DNA from: Actinomycetota bacterium
GTDB lineage: Bacteria > Actinomycetota > Actinomycetes > Nanopelagicales > Nanopelagicaceae
Direction of reading: 5' to 3'
DNA length: 64,000 nucleotides
Assembly: GCA_016870815.1 (NCBI GenBank)
Contig: VGAI01000001.1
Location: forward strand, 3,352-67,351
The notes below the pieces were generated by a model. The model ran no database searches. It worked only from the letters and a program-made list of their open reading frames with translations, and had not been told where the DNA came from. Below, one piece after another: positions 1 through 8,312 of this stretch. Each line of letters opens with the position of its first letter. Within the stretch, counting starts at the first letter, position 1. Both the position numbers and the translations under genes were made by a program.

Positions 1-1878
1 CTTGATACTGGTGCTCTTTACAGAATGGTGACTCTTCTCGCAATGAGAGGATCACACGAAGGCACTGACCAACTATTTGCGAATCTTGATCAACATCTTT
101 TCTCTGTCTCTACCGACCCTGAAGAACAAAAGTTCGTGATCGATGGAGTTGACTCAACTTCGTCTATTAGAGATGAGTCTGTCACCGCACGTGTAAGTGA
201 AGTTGCTGCAAATGCCCTTGTGCGCAAGTTTCTTTTTGGATTGCAACGTCATTTAATCGACAAAGCAACTCGTGGAATAGTTGTGGAGGGACGTGACATT
301 TGTTCAGTAGTGATGCCGGAAGCCGATTTGAAGGTCTATTTGGAAGCTGATATCAGCGCGCGAGCTTCAAGACGGAGCACAGAGATGGGACTAGAAAGTA
401 GATCAGTTACTGCCCTCAACCTTTCAGAACGCGATCAGAAGGATTCAAGTCGAGCGATTTCACCACTTACAGTTGCTAGCGACTGCGTGGTTGTTGATTC
501 CTCTGATATGAATCTAGAAGAGACGATCAATCACATTTGGGACCTTCTGCGCGAGGCTGGTGTATTAGGTCTGCCGCGAGTTGCCGTGGTAGGTCGTCCT
601 AATGTTGGCAAGTCGAGTCTTATCAATCGCCTCACCGGAAGAGCGGATGCGATTACTGAAGATCGCCCTGGAATAACTCGCGATGTTGTCGAACACCTCG
701 CCTCATGGAACTCACGTGATTTCATTTTGGTTGATACGGGTGGTTGGGATCGAAGCGCTACTGGTATCGATCAATACATTGCAGAAAGAGCGATTGGCGC
801 AATCAAAGACTGCGATTTGGTCCTTTTCGTTGTGGATGCCCAAACAGGTGCTCTCACTGAGGATGAAGAGATGATTGCCCTCATCCGTAAATTTGGCAAA
901 GAGGTATTTCTCGTTGCAAACAAGGTTGATAACGAGGGCGACGAGTCGAACGCCTATGCACTCTGGAATTTAGGTCTGGGAGAGCCACATTTCATCTCTG
1001 CACTCCATGGTCGTGGAAGTGGTGATCTCTTAGACACACTTGTTGGAATTCTTCCTGAAATTGGTAAAGGCAAAGTTCGAGATGATATGGATTGTCTGGC
1101 AATCCTTGGAAAGCCGAATGTTGGTAAGTCGAGTCTTCTCAATGCACTTGTCGGCTCCGATCGTGCGCTCGTTGATTCGACGGCTGGAACGACTCGAGAC
1201 CCGATTGACGAGATTGTTAACTTGGACGGGCGAGAAGTGCGCCTGATTGATACTGCAGGAATAAGACGTCGTTCCCACCAAGATGAAGGAGCTGATTACT
1301 TCTCGATTCTGCGAACTGAGAAGGCGCTCGATAGAGCCGATCTGGGGCTATTGCTGATCGATGCCTCCAATGTGATCACCGAACAGGACCTGCGCCTCAT
1401 CTCCATGATTGAGGAGTCAGGTAAAGCGATCGTGATAGTGATGAACAAATGGGACCTGGTCGATGAAGAGCGCCGCCTCCAACTCGAGCGCGAGAGTGAA
1501 CGAGCCTTTGAGCAAGTCCTGTGGGCGGAACGAATCAACCTCTCAGCCAAGACGGGGTGGCATAAAGACCGTCTAGCCCCTGCAATCGAGCGAGCTTTGA
1601 ACTCGTGGAAGCTGCGAGTTCCCACAGGCAGGCTCAATGCTTTCATCGGTTCGATTGTTGCCGAGAACCCGCTTCCTGTTCGCGGTGGCAAGCAGGCCAA
1701 GATTCAGTATTGCGTACAGGCAGCGATCTCACCTCCCACCTTTATCCTCTTTGCCACAGGCTTCATCGAAGCTTCGTATCGTCGCTTCATCGAGCGGCGG
1801 TTGCGGGAGGAATTTGGTTTTCAAGGGAGCCCGATTCGCATCTCCATACGTGTAAGGGAGAGTGAGCGTGGGCAGTAG
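1..1878 (+). CDS. der: Bifunctional cytidylate kinase / ribosome-associated GTPase Der (EngA); 5'-partial, frame open from base 1
   Basis: The frame is open from nt 1 (LDTGALYR..., a Cmk N-terminal motif). It runs without a stop into a tandem-GTPase Der: G1 GRPNVGKSS and GKPNVGKSS, G3 DTGG and DTAG, G4 NKVD and NKWD, plus a KH-like C-terminus. The stop TAG is at 1876-1878. Confidence 0.9.
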   Translation, partial: LDTGALYRMVTLLAMRGSHEGTDQLFANLDQHLFSVSTDPEEQKFVIDGVDSTSSIRDESVTARVSEVAANALVRKFLFGLQRHLIDKATRGIVVEGRDICSVVMPEADLKVYLEADISARASRRSTEMGLESRSVTALNLSERDQKDSSRAISPLTVASDCVVVDSSDMNLEETINHIWDLLREAGVLGLPRVAVVGRPNVGKSSLINRLTGRADAITEDRPGITRDVVEHLASWNSRDFILVDTGGWDRSATGIDQYIAERAIGAIKDCDLVLFVVDAQTGALTEDEEMIALIRKFGKEVFLVANKVDNEGDESNAYALWNLGLGEPHFISALHGRGSGDLLDTLVGILPEIGKGKVRDDMDCLAILGKPNVGKSSLLNALVGSDRALVDSTAGTTRDPIDEIVNLDGREVRLIDTAGIRRRSHQDEGADYFSILRTEKALDRADLGLLLIDASNVITEQDLRLISMIEESGKAIVIVMNKWDLVDEERRLQLERESERAFEQVLWAERINLSAKTGWHKDRLAPAIERALNSWKLRVPTGRLNAFIGSIVAENPLPVRGGKQAKIQYCVQAAISPPTFILFATGFIEASYRRFIERRLREEFGFQGSPIRISIRVRESERGQ

Positions 1879-1917
1879 CTCCTCAATTCGGAAACGAAGT
1901 AGCATGGGCGAGAAGCA

Positions 1918-1991
1918 CGGGACGTAGCGCAGCTTGGTAGCGCACATGGCTGGGGGTCATGTGGTCGCGGGTTCAAATCCCGCCGTCCCGA
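1918..1991 (+). tRNA. tRNA-Pro (anticodon GGG)
   Basis: Hand-folded 74-nt cloverleaf. Acceptor CGGGACG/CGTCCCG, D-stem GCGC/GCGC, anticodon stem CATGG/TCATG with loop CTGGGGG (anticodon GGG, G37). T-arm GCGGG-TTCAAAT-CCCGC, discriminator A. Confidence 0.9.
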
Positions 1992-2031
1992 CAACTTGAA
2001 GTCTGCGCGATTTTAGAAGGGTTGATCAGTT

Positions 2032-2607
2032 ATGACTGAGATGAAAATTCTGACCATCCCGAATCTGCTCTCTCTCCTGAGATTGCTTGGCATACCGGTC
2101 TATTTCTGGTTGATCACAAACGAGCGTTTTGGAATGGCAGTGGGCCTGCTCTTTGTAGCCGGCGCCACCGATTATCTCGATGGAAAAATTGCACGGGCTT
2201 TCAATCAGGGGAGCAGAATCGGTGAACTCCTAGACCCCGCAGTTGATCGCCTCTACATCCTGGCAATCCTGCTTTCATTTCTCCAACTTGGCCTCATGCC
2301 ATCATGGATCGTCGTCCTGATTCTCCTTCGCGATCTCTTCTTGGGTGGATTGCTCATCGTCATGCGGCGATTTGCTATCGCACCTTTTAAAGTGACCTAC
2401 CTCGGCAAGGCGGCAACCTTCAATCTTCTCTACGCATTTCCACTTCTTCTACTTACCAGGATTGAAGAGAGATGGATCTCCGACCTTGCCTTCATATTCG
2501 GTTGGGCATTCTCAAGTTGGGGGATAGCCCTCTATTTGGTCACCGGTATCTTCTACGCTATCCATGGCGCTCGTGCGGTTGTTCAGGCTCTGAGTTCGAG
2601 GTTATAG
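2032..2607 (+). CDS. pgsA: CDP-alcohol phosphatidyltransferase (PgsA2 / actinobacterial cardiolipin-synthase-like)
   Basis: Complete D-x2-DG-x2-AR-x8-G-x3-D-x3-D signature in TDYLDGKIARAFNQGSRIGELLDPAVDR. Multi-pass membrane protein. Its position upstream of gcvH matches Mtb Rv1822 as I recall it. Confidence 0.8.
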   Translation: MTEMKILTIPNLLSLLRLLGIPVYFWLITNERFGMAVGLLFVAGATDYLDGKIARAFNQGSRIGELLDPAVDRLYILAILLSFLQLGLMPSWIVVLILLRDLFLGGLLIVMRRFAIAPFKVTYLGKAATFNLLYAFPLLLLTRIEERWISDLAFIFGWAFSSWGIALYLVTGIFYAIHGARAVVQALSSRL

Positions 2608-2637
2608 TCTGCCAGCCCCCTGAGAAGTAGGAGAGTC

Positions 2638-3015
2638 ATGAGTTCAGTTCCAGAGAATCTGAGATACACCAAAGAACACGAATGGGTTTCAGATAATGGC
2701 GATGGAACTATAACTTTTGGAATCACAGATTATGCCCAGTCAGCCCTTGGTGACATCGTTTACATACAGTTGCCAAAAGTCGGCATGTCAATATCGGCCG
2801 GAGCGGTATGTGGCGAAGTGGAGTCAACAAAGAGCGTTTCTGAAATTTTTGCACCAGTCGGCGGAGAAATTCTCGAAGTAAACGAATCCTTGAATAGCGC
2901 ACCAGAGCGAATCAATCAAGATCCGTACCACGACGGTTGGATTGCAAAAGTGAAGAGTGCAGGCGACGCCTCACTCCTTGATTCTGCGGGATACACCCTC
3001 CTTATTTCGGGATGA
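2638..3015 (+). CDS. gcvH: Glycine cleavage system protein H
   Basis: 125 aa. Typical N-terminus (YTKEHEWV) and lipoyl-lysine context (VESTKSVSE). An SD (aggaga) precedes the ATG. Confidence 0.93.
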   Translation: MSSVPENLRYTKEHEWVSDNGDGTITFGITDYAQSALGDIVYIQLPKVGMSISAGAVCGEVESTKSVSEIFAPVGGEILEVNESLNSAPERINQDPYHDGWIAKVKSAGDASLLDSAGYTLLISG

Positions 3016-3053
3016 GGAGTCCATACCAGCCTGAAAACTGGGTAAAGCTCGGC

Positions 3054-3082
3054 TTGACCTTCAAGGCTCGGCTCAATAGCGT
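3054..3082 (+). promoter_or_regulatory. Candidate sigma-70-type promoter for the ftsR-like gene (TTGACC-17 nt-TAGCGT)
   Basis: TTGACC at 3054-3059, a 17-nt spacer, and TAGCGT (TAnnnT) at 3077-3082, about 28 nt upstream of the ATG at 3110. The spacer region also holds a direct repeat GCTCGGCT x2. This is sequence pattern only. Confidence 0.3.
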
Positions 3083-3109
3083 TGCCCTCAACGTGAAGGT
3101 GAGAGTGAT

Positions 3110-3814
3110 ATGAGCGTTCCAGCCCGGGCCTATCTCAGCATCGGTGAAGTACTCAGTAAGTTGCGACCAGAATTCCCGGATGTGACGATCTCCAAGATTC
3201 GCTTTCTTGAGTCCGAAGGTTTGATTGATCCACAGCGAACACCAAGTGGTTATCGAAAGTTCACAACTAGTGATCTTGAGCGACTTAGATATGTTTTGTT
3301 AGCACAACGTGATGCTTACCTTCCGCTCAAAGTGATTAAGGAAAATCTTGACGCACTCGATCGTGGGCTCACCCCGCCGGCAACACCCGGCACCTTGCCT
3401 ACGGTTCGACTAGCCGCAGTCGATGCGCCAACAGATTTCTCCGATCGCTCAGACATTCGCCTCTCGCGAGATGAACTTCTAGCATCTTCTGGGCTTTCGG
3501 ATGAGCAACTCGTTGAAGTTGAGGGTTACGGAGTGATTGCACCGCGTGGTCGTTTCTACGATGCCAACGCGCTAGCTATTGCTTCTGCGATCGCAGAGAT
3601 GAGCAACTTCGGCATAGAAGGTCGTCATCTGCGCGCTTTTAAAACTGCCGCTGATCGTGAAATTGGATTAATCGAACAAATCGTCACCCCATTGCTCAAA
3701 CAAAAGAACACCGATTCAAAAGCCAGAGCCGAAGAGGTGATTCGAGAACTAGGCTCACTAAGCGTGAGGTTGCATGCAGCATTGGTGAAAGCTGGCCTAG
3801 CTGAGGGAAGATAG
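3110..3814 (+). CDS. MerR-family transcriptional regulator (FtsR / Rv1828-like)
   Basis: N-terminal MerR helix-turn-helix (LSIGEVLSKL...ISKIRFLESEGLIDPQRTPSGYRKFTTSDLERLRYVL). A second MerR-like dimerisation region lies at the C-terminus. Conserved position after gcvH. Confidence 0.8.
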   Translation: MSVPARAYLSIGEVLSKLRPEFPDVTISKIRFLESEGLIDPQRTPSGYRKFTTSDLERLRYVLLAQRDAYLPLKVIKENLDALDRGLTPPATPGTLPTVRLAAVDAPTDFSDRSDIRLSRDELLASSGLSDEQLVEVEGYGVIAPRGRFYDANALAIASAIAEMSNFGIEGRHLRAFKTAADREIGLIEQIVTPLLKQKNTDSKARAEEVIRELGSLSVRLHAALVKAGLAEGR

Positions 3815-3818
3815 AGCC

Positions 3819-4289
3819 ATGGATTTCCACGCTGTCGATGTGGTGGGCGTCCGAGTAGAGATGCCCTCTAACCAACCAATCGTTCTCCTTAAAGAGATGG
3901 GCGGGGATAGATACCTGCCCATTTGGGTTGGCGCGGTTGAGGCAACGGCGATTGCATTCGCTCAGCAGGGTGTTCAACCTCCACGGCCTCTTACTCATGA
4001 CCTGCTGAAAGATTTACTTGGCGCCCTCGACCGTAAGGTGGAGTCAATTCATCTGACCGAACTTAAGGATGGAGTTTTTTACTCGCTGATTAATCTCGAC
4101 CAAGGAATTACTGTTTCGTCACGACCGAGTGATGCCATCGCGATTGCCCTGAGGACAGGCTCACCAATCTTGGCCAGCGAAGAGTTGTTACAAGAGGCGG
4201 GTATTCAGATCCCGGATCAGGCCGACGATGAGGTCGAAAAGTTTCGGGAGTTCCTTGATCAAATCAATCCGGAGGATTTCGCACCCTGA
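3819..4289 (+). CDS. Bifunctional nuclease family protein (DNase-RNase / DUF151, Rv1829-like)
   Basis: Family-typical core VLLKEMGGDRYLPIWVGAVEATAIAFAQQGVQPPRPLTHDL. Lies 4 nt after the MerR gene. Confidence 0.8.
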   Translation: MDFHAVDVVGVRVEMPSNQPIVLLKEMGGDRYLPIWVGAVEATAIAFAQQGVQPPRPLTHDLLKDLLGALDRKVESIHLTELKDGVFYSLINLDQGITVSSRPSDAIAIALRTGSPILASEELLQEAGIQIPDQADDEVEKFREFLDQINPEDFAP

Positions 4290-4369
4290 TTTGGCACCAC
4301 TTTGAAAATCCCCCCAGAAACAACTCTTAACATCTAGACCTCGTGGCAGGGTAGGTCTAGCCTCTCGTC

Positions 4370-4759
4370 ATGTTAGCGAGACGGATTACTTTGGTTCTAA
4401 GAGTTGGAGCTTCCGTCTTTCTGCTCACAAGCATCTCACTCGTAGCCATTCCCGATATTTTTCTAGAACTGCTCAATCTCGGAGCAGACCCGAATTCCAG
4501 TGAACTCTGGTTGATACGAATGTTGGGAGTGGCGCTTATAGGTCTCTCGGCTTTCATGCTGATGGGTGCCGGCAACTTTGGGGAACGCGCCCTTCGTCAG
4601 GCGGGATTACTGATGATAACTCTTTCGTCAGCTTTCACCGGCTTCACCGCTTTTGCGCCTGGATCGGTGAACATCGCCAAGATCATCTATCTCGCTATAG
4701 GTGGCGCCTTCACACTGGCCTATTTGTGGGCGCTACGAGGCTATAGAAGTCTTCGGTAG
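4370..4759 (+). CDS. Hypothetical small membrane protein (about 4 predicted TM helices)
   Basis: 129-aa ORF with four hydrophobic stretches. It fills the otherwise empty gap and has no family motif that I recognise. Confidence 0.5.
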   Translation: MLARRITLVLRVGASVFLLTSISLVAIPDIFLELLNLGADPNSSELWLIRMLGVALIGLSAFMLMGAGNFGERALRQAGLLMITLSSAFTGFTAFAPGSVNIAKIIYLAIGGAFTLAYLWALRGYRSLR

Positions 4760-4785
4760 CTTGACTTTTACTTGAGTCTTAGAGT

Positions 4786-4808
4786 GTGTCGGTCCTTGTG
4801 TCTAGGGT
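4786..4808 (+). promoter_or_regulatory. RDRM / RecA-NDp-like (PafBC-dependent) promoter motif: GTGTCGGTC-N8-TAGGGT
   Basis: It matches the mycobacterial consensus, as I recall it (tTGTCRgtg-8 nt-TAnnnT), at every strongly conserved position with exact 8-nt spacing. The site is intergenic, correctly oriented, and 58 nt upstream of the ATG at 4866. Confidence 0.4.
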
Positions 4809-4865
4809 GTTTACTTTCTACAGTTCTCCAACAAGGATACTTCCCCCTCCCTGCATAGGAGCCTC

Positions 4866-5366
4866 ATGAACCCGAACCAAACGCCTTCTACCCAGAGAGA
4901 GCATGGCTACAGGGGAGCGGTTGCCTGCCAGGCGGCAGGCATTTCCTACCGTCAGCTCGACTACTGGGCCCGAACTGGGCTTGTTGTGCCTTCCATCCGA
5001 ACTGCGTCAGGTTCAGGAACTGCCCGCCTTTATAGCTTCACGGATATCTTGGTCCTCAAAATCATCCGCCGCTTTCTTGATGCTGGCGTTTCCCTCCAGA
5101 ATATTCGAAAGGCGGTCGAGCACCTCATCTCCAAGGGCATTGCAAATCTTGAACAGGTGACCTTGATGAGCGACGGGGTCTCGATCTATGAATGCTCGTC
5201 CTCGGAAGAAGTTTATGACCTGCTCCAGGGTGGTCAAGGGGTATTCGGAATCGCCATCGGAAAGGTGCTCAGCGAAGTTGAAGGGACATTGGTCACACTG
5301 GAACGAGAGAGTTCACGATCCGATCTCGATGAATTGGCAGTTCGTCGAAAAGCTAAAGGCGCTTAG
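4866..5366 (+). CDS. MerR-family transcriptional regulator (Rv1830-like)
   Basis: MerR HTH (YRGAVACQAAGISYRQLDYWARTGLVVPS...RLYSFTDILVLKIIRRFLDAGVSLQNIR). A good SD (aggag) precedes the ATG. Confidence 0.8.
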   Translation: MNPNQTPSTQREHGYRGAVACQAAGISYRQLDYWARTGLVVPSIRTASGSGTARLYSFTDILVLKIIRRFLDAGVSLQNIRKAVEHLISKGIANLEQVTLMSDGVSIYECSSSEEVYDLLQGGQGVFGIAIGKVLSEVEGTLVTLERESSRSDLDELAVRRKAKGA

Positions 5367-5419
5367 CCGGAACTAACGCACTCCAGCGAGAAAAGGGTTC
5401 AGGCACTCCATATCCTTAG

Positions 5420-8290
5420 GTGGTGTCGAGTGTCGATCGAGTCGCGAGCTTCAAAGATAGGCATATAGGTCCATCAAATCACGCTCTCACCACGATGTTA
5501 CTTTCTCTGGGATTTAGGGATTTGGATTCATTCACGAAGGTAGTTCTTCCTGATTCCATCCGTTCACTCGATGCGCTCGAGGCACATCTTCCTGAAGCGA
5601 TCGGGGAGCATCAGGTTCTCGAGGAGTTGCGAGAACTTGCCTCTCAGAATGAAAAATTTAAGTCGCTCATCGGAAATGGATATTTTGGAACGTTGACTCC
5701 ACCAGTCATCGTTCGAAACCTCCTTGAAAACCCTGCCTGGTACACGGCTTACACGCCATATCAACCAGAGATAAGTCAAGGTCGTCTTGAAGCTCTCTTC
5801 GCCTTCCAAACCATGGTTGCAGACCTCACCGGGCTTGCGATTTCGAATGCTTCGATGCTTGATGAACCAACCGCGGCAGCTGAAGCTATGACTCTGGCGA
5901 GGAGGGTATGGCAGGGCGATGAGGATGCACCGATTCTCGTTGAATACGGTGTCAATCCACAAACAGTTGCAGTTCTTGAGACTCGGGCGCGACCGCTTGG
6001 TATTCCTGTCGTTCGGTTCTCAATCAAGGATTCTTTTCCGAGCACAAATCCGTTTGCTGTCTTGATTCAATCTCCAGACACAGATGGATTGATTCACGAT
6101 CTTGCAGCAATCCGTAGAATGACTCGCGAGAGTGGCGCTCTTCTCATTGCTGCCTCTGATCTTCTTGCCCTAACACTGATCAAATCACCCGGCGAATTTG
6201 AAGCGGATATTGCAGTTGGTTCAGCTCAACGTTTTGGCGTACCGATGGGGTTTGGTGGACCTCACGCAGGATTTCTTGCAGTGCGAAACGGGCTAGAGAG
6301 GTCACTTCCTGGACGATTGGTAGGAATGAGCGTTGATTCTCATGGAAACCCTGCCTTGAGGCTTGCCTTGCAGACACGGGAGCAACACATTAGGCGCGAT
6401 CGAGCAACAAGCAATATCTGTACGGCACAGGTTCTTTTGGCAAATATCTCCGCTATGTACGCGGCTTACCACGGTCCATCAGGTCTTCGCGCCCGAGCGC
6501 TTTACATTCATGGATTGGCGAGTGCATTCCGGTTATCTCTGGATCTGGCCGGATATGAAGTAAAAGCTGGCGACTTCTTCGACACCATTTCTGTTATCGC
6601 GTCATTTACTAAAGCGGACGATCTGCTGAAGCGCGCCTCTGCAAAACGCTACAACTTGCGCCGAACAGGAGAGGGCGTAAACATAGCTTTTGATGAAACG
6701 TGTGATGAGAAGACGCTTCACGACTTAGCTGAAATTTTCCAAATTGACCCTAGACCACCCGATTCGGAGTCCACTACTTTCGGGCAACTCCGACAATCTG
6801 AATATCTCACCCATCCGATTTTCAATACTTACCATTCCGAAACTTCGATGATGCGCTACCTGCGTTCATTAGCGGATCGAGATCTCGCACTTGATCGAAG
6901 CATGATTCCGCTCGGTTCCTGCACAATGAAACTCAACGCCGCCATGGAGATGGAGGCTGTGACCTGGCCAGAGTTTGCCAATCTCCATCCTTTCGCTCCT
7001 CGTGAACAATCATCGGGCACTCGCAAATTGATTGCCGAGTTATCTTCCTGGTTGGTTTCAATTACCGGATACGACGCAGTCTCGCTTCAACCCAATGCCG
7101 GTTCACAGGGCGAGTTCGCCGGACTCCTCGCGATTAAGAACTACCTAGAGTCGATAGGGGAGAGCGGAAGAGATATTTGCCTCATTCCATCGAGCGCGCA
7201 CGGGACAAATGCCGCCTCTGCAGTGATGGCGGGAATGAAGGTTGTGGTCATCGATTGCGATGAACGAGGCAACGTTTCGCTCGATCATCTCGAGCGCGCC
7301 ATCGAAGAGTATGGCCCTCGTTTAGCTGCATTGATGGTCACATATCCCTCGACCCATGGGGTTTTTGAATCAGAGATCACAAGGATTTGTTCAATGATCC
7401 ACGAGGCTGGGGGACAGGTTTACGTAGATGGAGCGAATCTCAATGCATTGGTAGGAGTTGCCCAACCAGGAAAATTTGGTGCTGACGTCTCTCATTTGAA
7501 CTTGCATAAGACTTTTTGTATCCCGCATGGCGGGGGAGGACCAGGTGTTGGTCCGGTGATCGCCAAATCCCACCTCGCCCCATTTCTACCCAATCATCCA
7601 TTGGATGTAGAAGCGGGTCCTGGTACTGGACCGGGGCCTATCAGTGGCGCTCCATATGGTTCAGCTGGAATCTTGCCTATTTCGTGGGCCTACATTCGAG
7701 CAATGGGAGGGGATGGGTTGAGACGTGCTACTCAAGTTGCCATCCTCAGCGCCAACTACATCGCCAATCGCCTCGAGGATGCCTTCCCTATACTCTATCG
7801 CGGCGAATCTGGGTTCATCGCCCACGAGTGCATCATCGATATTCGCGAGATCACGAAGAAAACGGGAGTAACCGTGGATGACATCGCGAAACGATTGATG
7901 GATTACGGCTTTCACGCACCAACAATGAGCTTCCCCGTTGCTGGCACTTTGATGATCGAACCAACCGAGAGCGAAGATATTTACGAGATCGAACGTTTTA
8001 TCTCTGCCATGCTCTCCATCCGCGATGAAATCTCGGAGATTGAAAGAGGCGAAATCGCTGTCGATCAGTCAGCACTCCGCCATGCACCGCACACCCTTGA
8101 AGTTGCAACATCAACCGATTGGAGCCGGCCGTACTCACGCCAGAAAGCCGTTTCTCCCATGGGTAATCAGGTTGGTTTGCAGAGACGAGCGAAGTATTGG
8201 CCGACGGCGGGGCGTATTGATGGAGTTCATGGGGATAGGAACCTGGTCTGCGCCTGCGAACCGGTAGCTGAGCTAGCTATCAATCGCTAA
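5420..8290 (+). CDS. gcvP: Glycine dehydrogenase (decarboxylating), single-chain P protein
   Basis: 956 aa with a GTG start. PLP-lysine context HLNLHKTFCIPHGGGGPG. The full-length two-domain architecture is typical of GcvP. Confidence 0.95.
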   Translation: MVSSVDRVASFKDRHIGPSNHALTTMLLSLGFRDLDSFTKVVLPDSIRSLDALEAHLPEAIGEHQVLEELRELASQNEKFKSLIGNGYFGTLTPPVIVRNLLENPAWYTAYTPYQPEISQGRLEALFAFQTMVADLTGLAISNASMLDEPTAAAEAMTLARRVWQGDEDAPILVEYGVNPQTVAVLETRARPLGIPVVRFSIKDSFPSTNPFAVLIQSPDTDGLIHDLAAIRRMTRESGALLIAASDLLALTLIKSPGEFEADIAVGSAQRFGVPMGFGGPHAGFLAVRNGLERSLPGRLVGMSVDSHGNPALRLALQTREQHIRRDRATSNICTAQVLLANISAMYAAYHGPSGLRARALYIHGLASAFRLSLDLAGYEVKAGDFFDTISVIASFTKADDLLKRASAKRYNLRRTGEGVNIAFDETCDEKTLHDLAEIFQIDPRPPDSESTTFGQLRQSEYLTHPIFNTYHSETSMMRYLRSLADRDLALDRSMIPLGSCTMKLNAAMEMEAVTWPEFANLHPFAPREQSSGTRKLIAELSSWLVSITGYDAVSLQPNAGSQGEFAGLLAIKNYLESIGESGRDICLIPSSAHGTNAASAVMAGMKVVVIDCDERGNVSLDHLERAIEEYGPRLAALMVTYPSTHGVFESEITRICSMIHEAGGQVYVDGANLNALVGVAQPGKFGADVSHLNLHKTFCIPHGGGGPGVGPVIAKSHLAPFLPNHPLDVEAGPGTGPGPISGAPYGSAGILPISWAYIRAMGGDGLRRATQVAILSANYIANRLEDAFPILYRGESGFIAHECIIDIREITKKTGVTVDDIAKRLMDYGFHAPTMSFPVAGTLMIEPTESEDIYEIERFISAMLSIRDEISEIERGEIAVDQSALRHAPHTLEVATSTDWSRPYSRQKAVSPMGNQVGLQRRAKYWPTAGRIDGVHGDRNLVCACEPVAELAINR

Positions 8291-8312
8291 CTTCTATTTG
8301 ACATAATATATA

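Noticed and set aside
4334-4360. Inverted repeat CTAGACCT-N11-AGGTCTAG after the bifunctional nuclease gene, considered as an intrinsic terminator.
   Set aside because: The 8-bp stem has an 11-nt loop and no downstream T-tract, so it is not convincing as a terminator. It could equally be an operator for the small membrane-protein gene, and there is no way to decide from sequence alone.
4761-4785. TTGACT (4761-4766) with TAGAGT (4780-4785) as a sigma-70 promoter for the MerR gene.
   Set aside because: The spacer is only 13 nt, outside the functional 16-19 nt range. The RDRM-like element just downstream is the better candidate.
5367-5419. Glycine riboswitch expected upstream of gcvP (and gcvH at 2608-2637). 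I also noted a direct repeat GCACTCCA x2 (5378-5385, 5403-5410).
   Set aside because: The spacers are only 53 nt and 30 nt, too short for even a single aptamer, and they lack the conserved GGAGAG...ACCGAAGG cores. An 8-mer repeat in a short spacer is within chance expectation given how many spacers I inspected.
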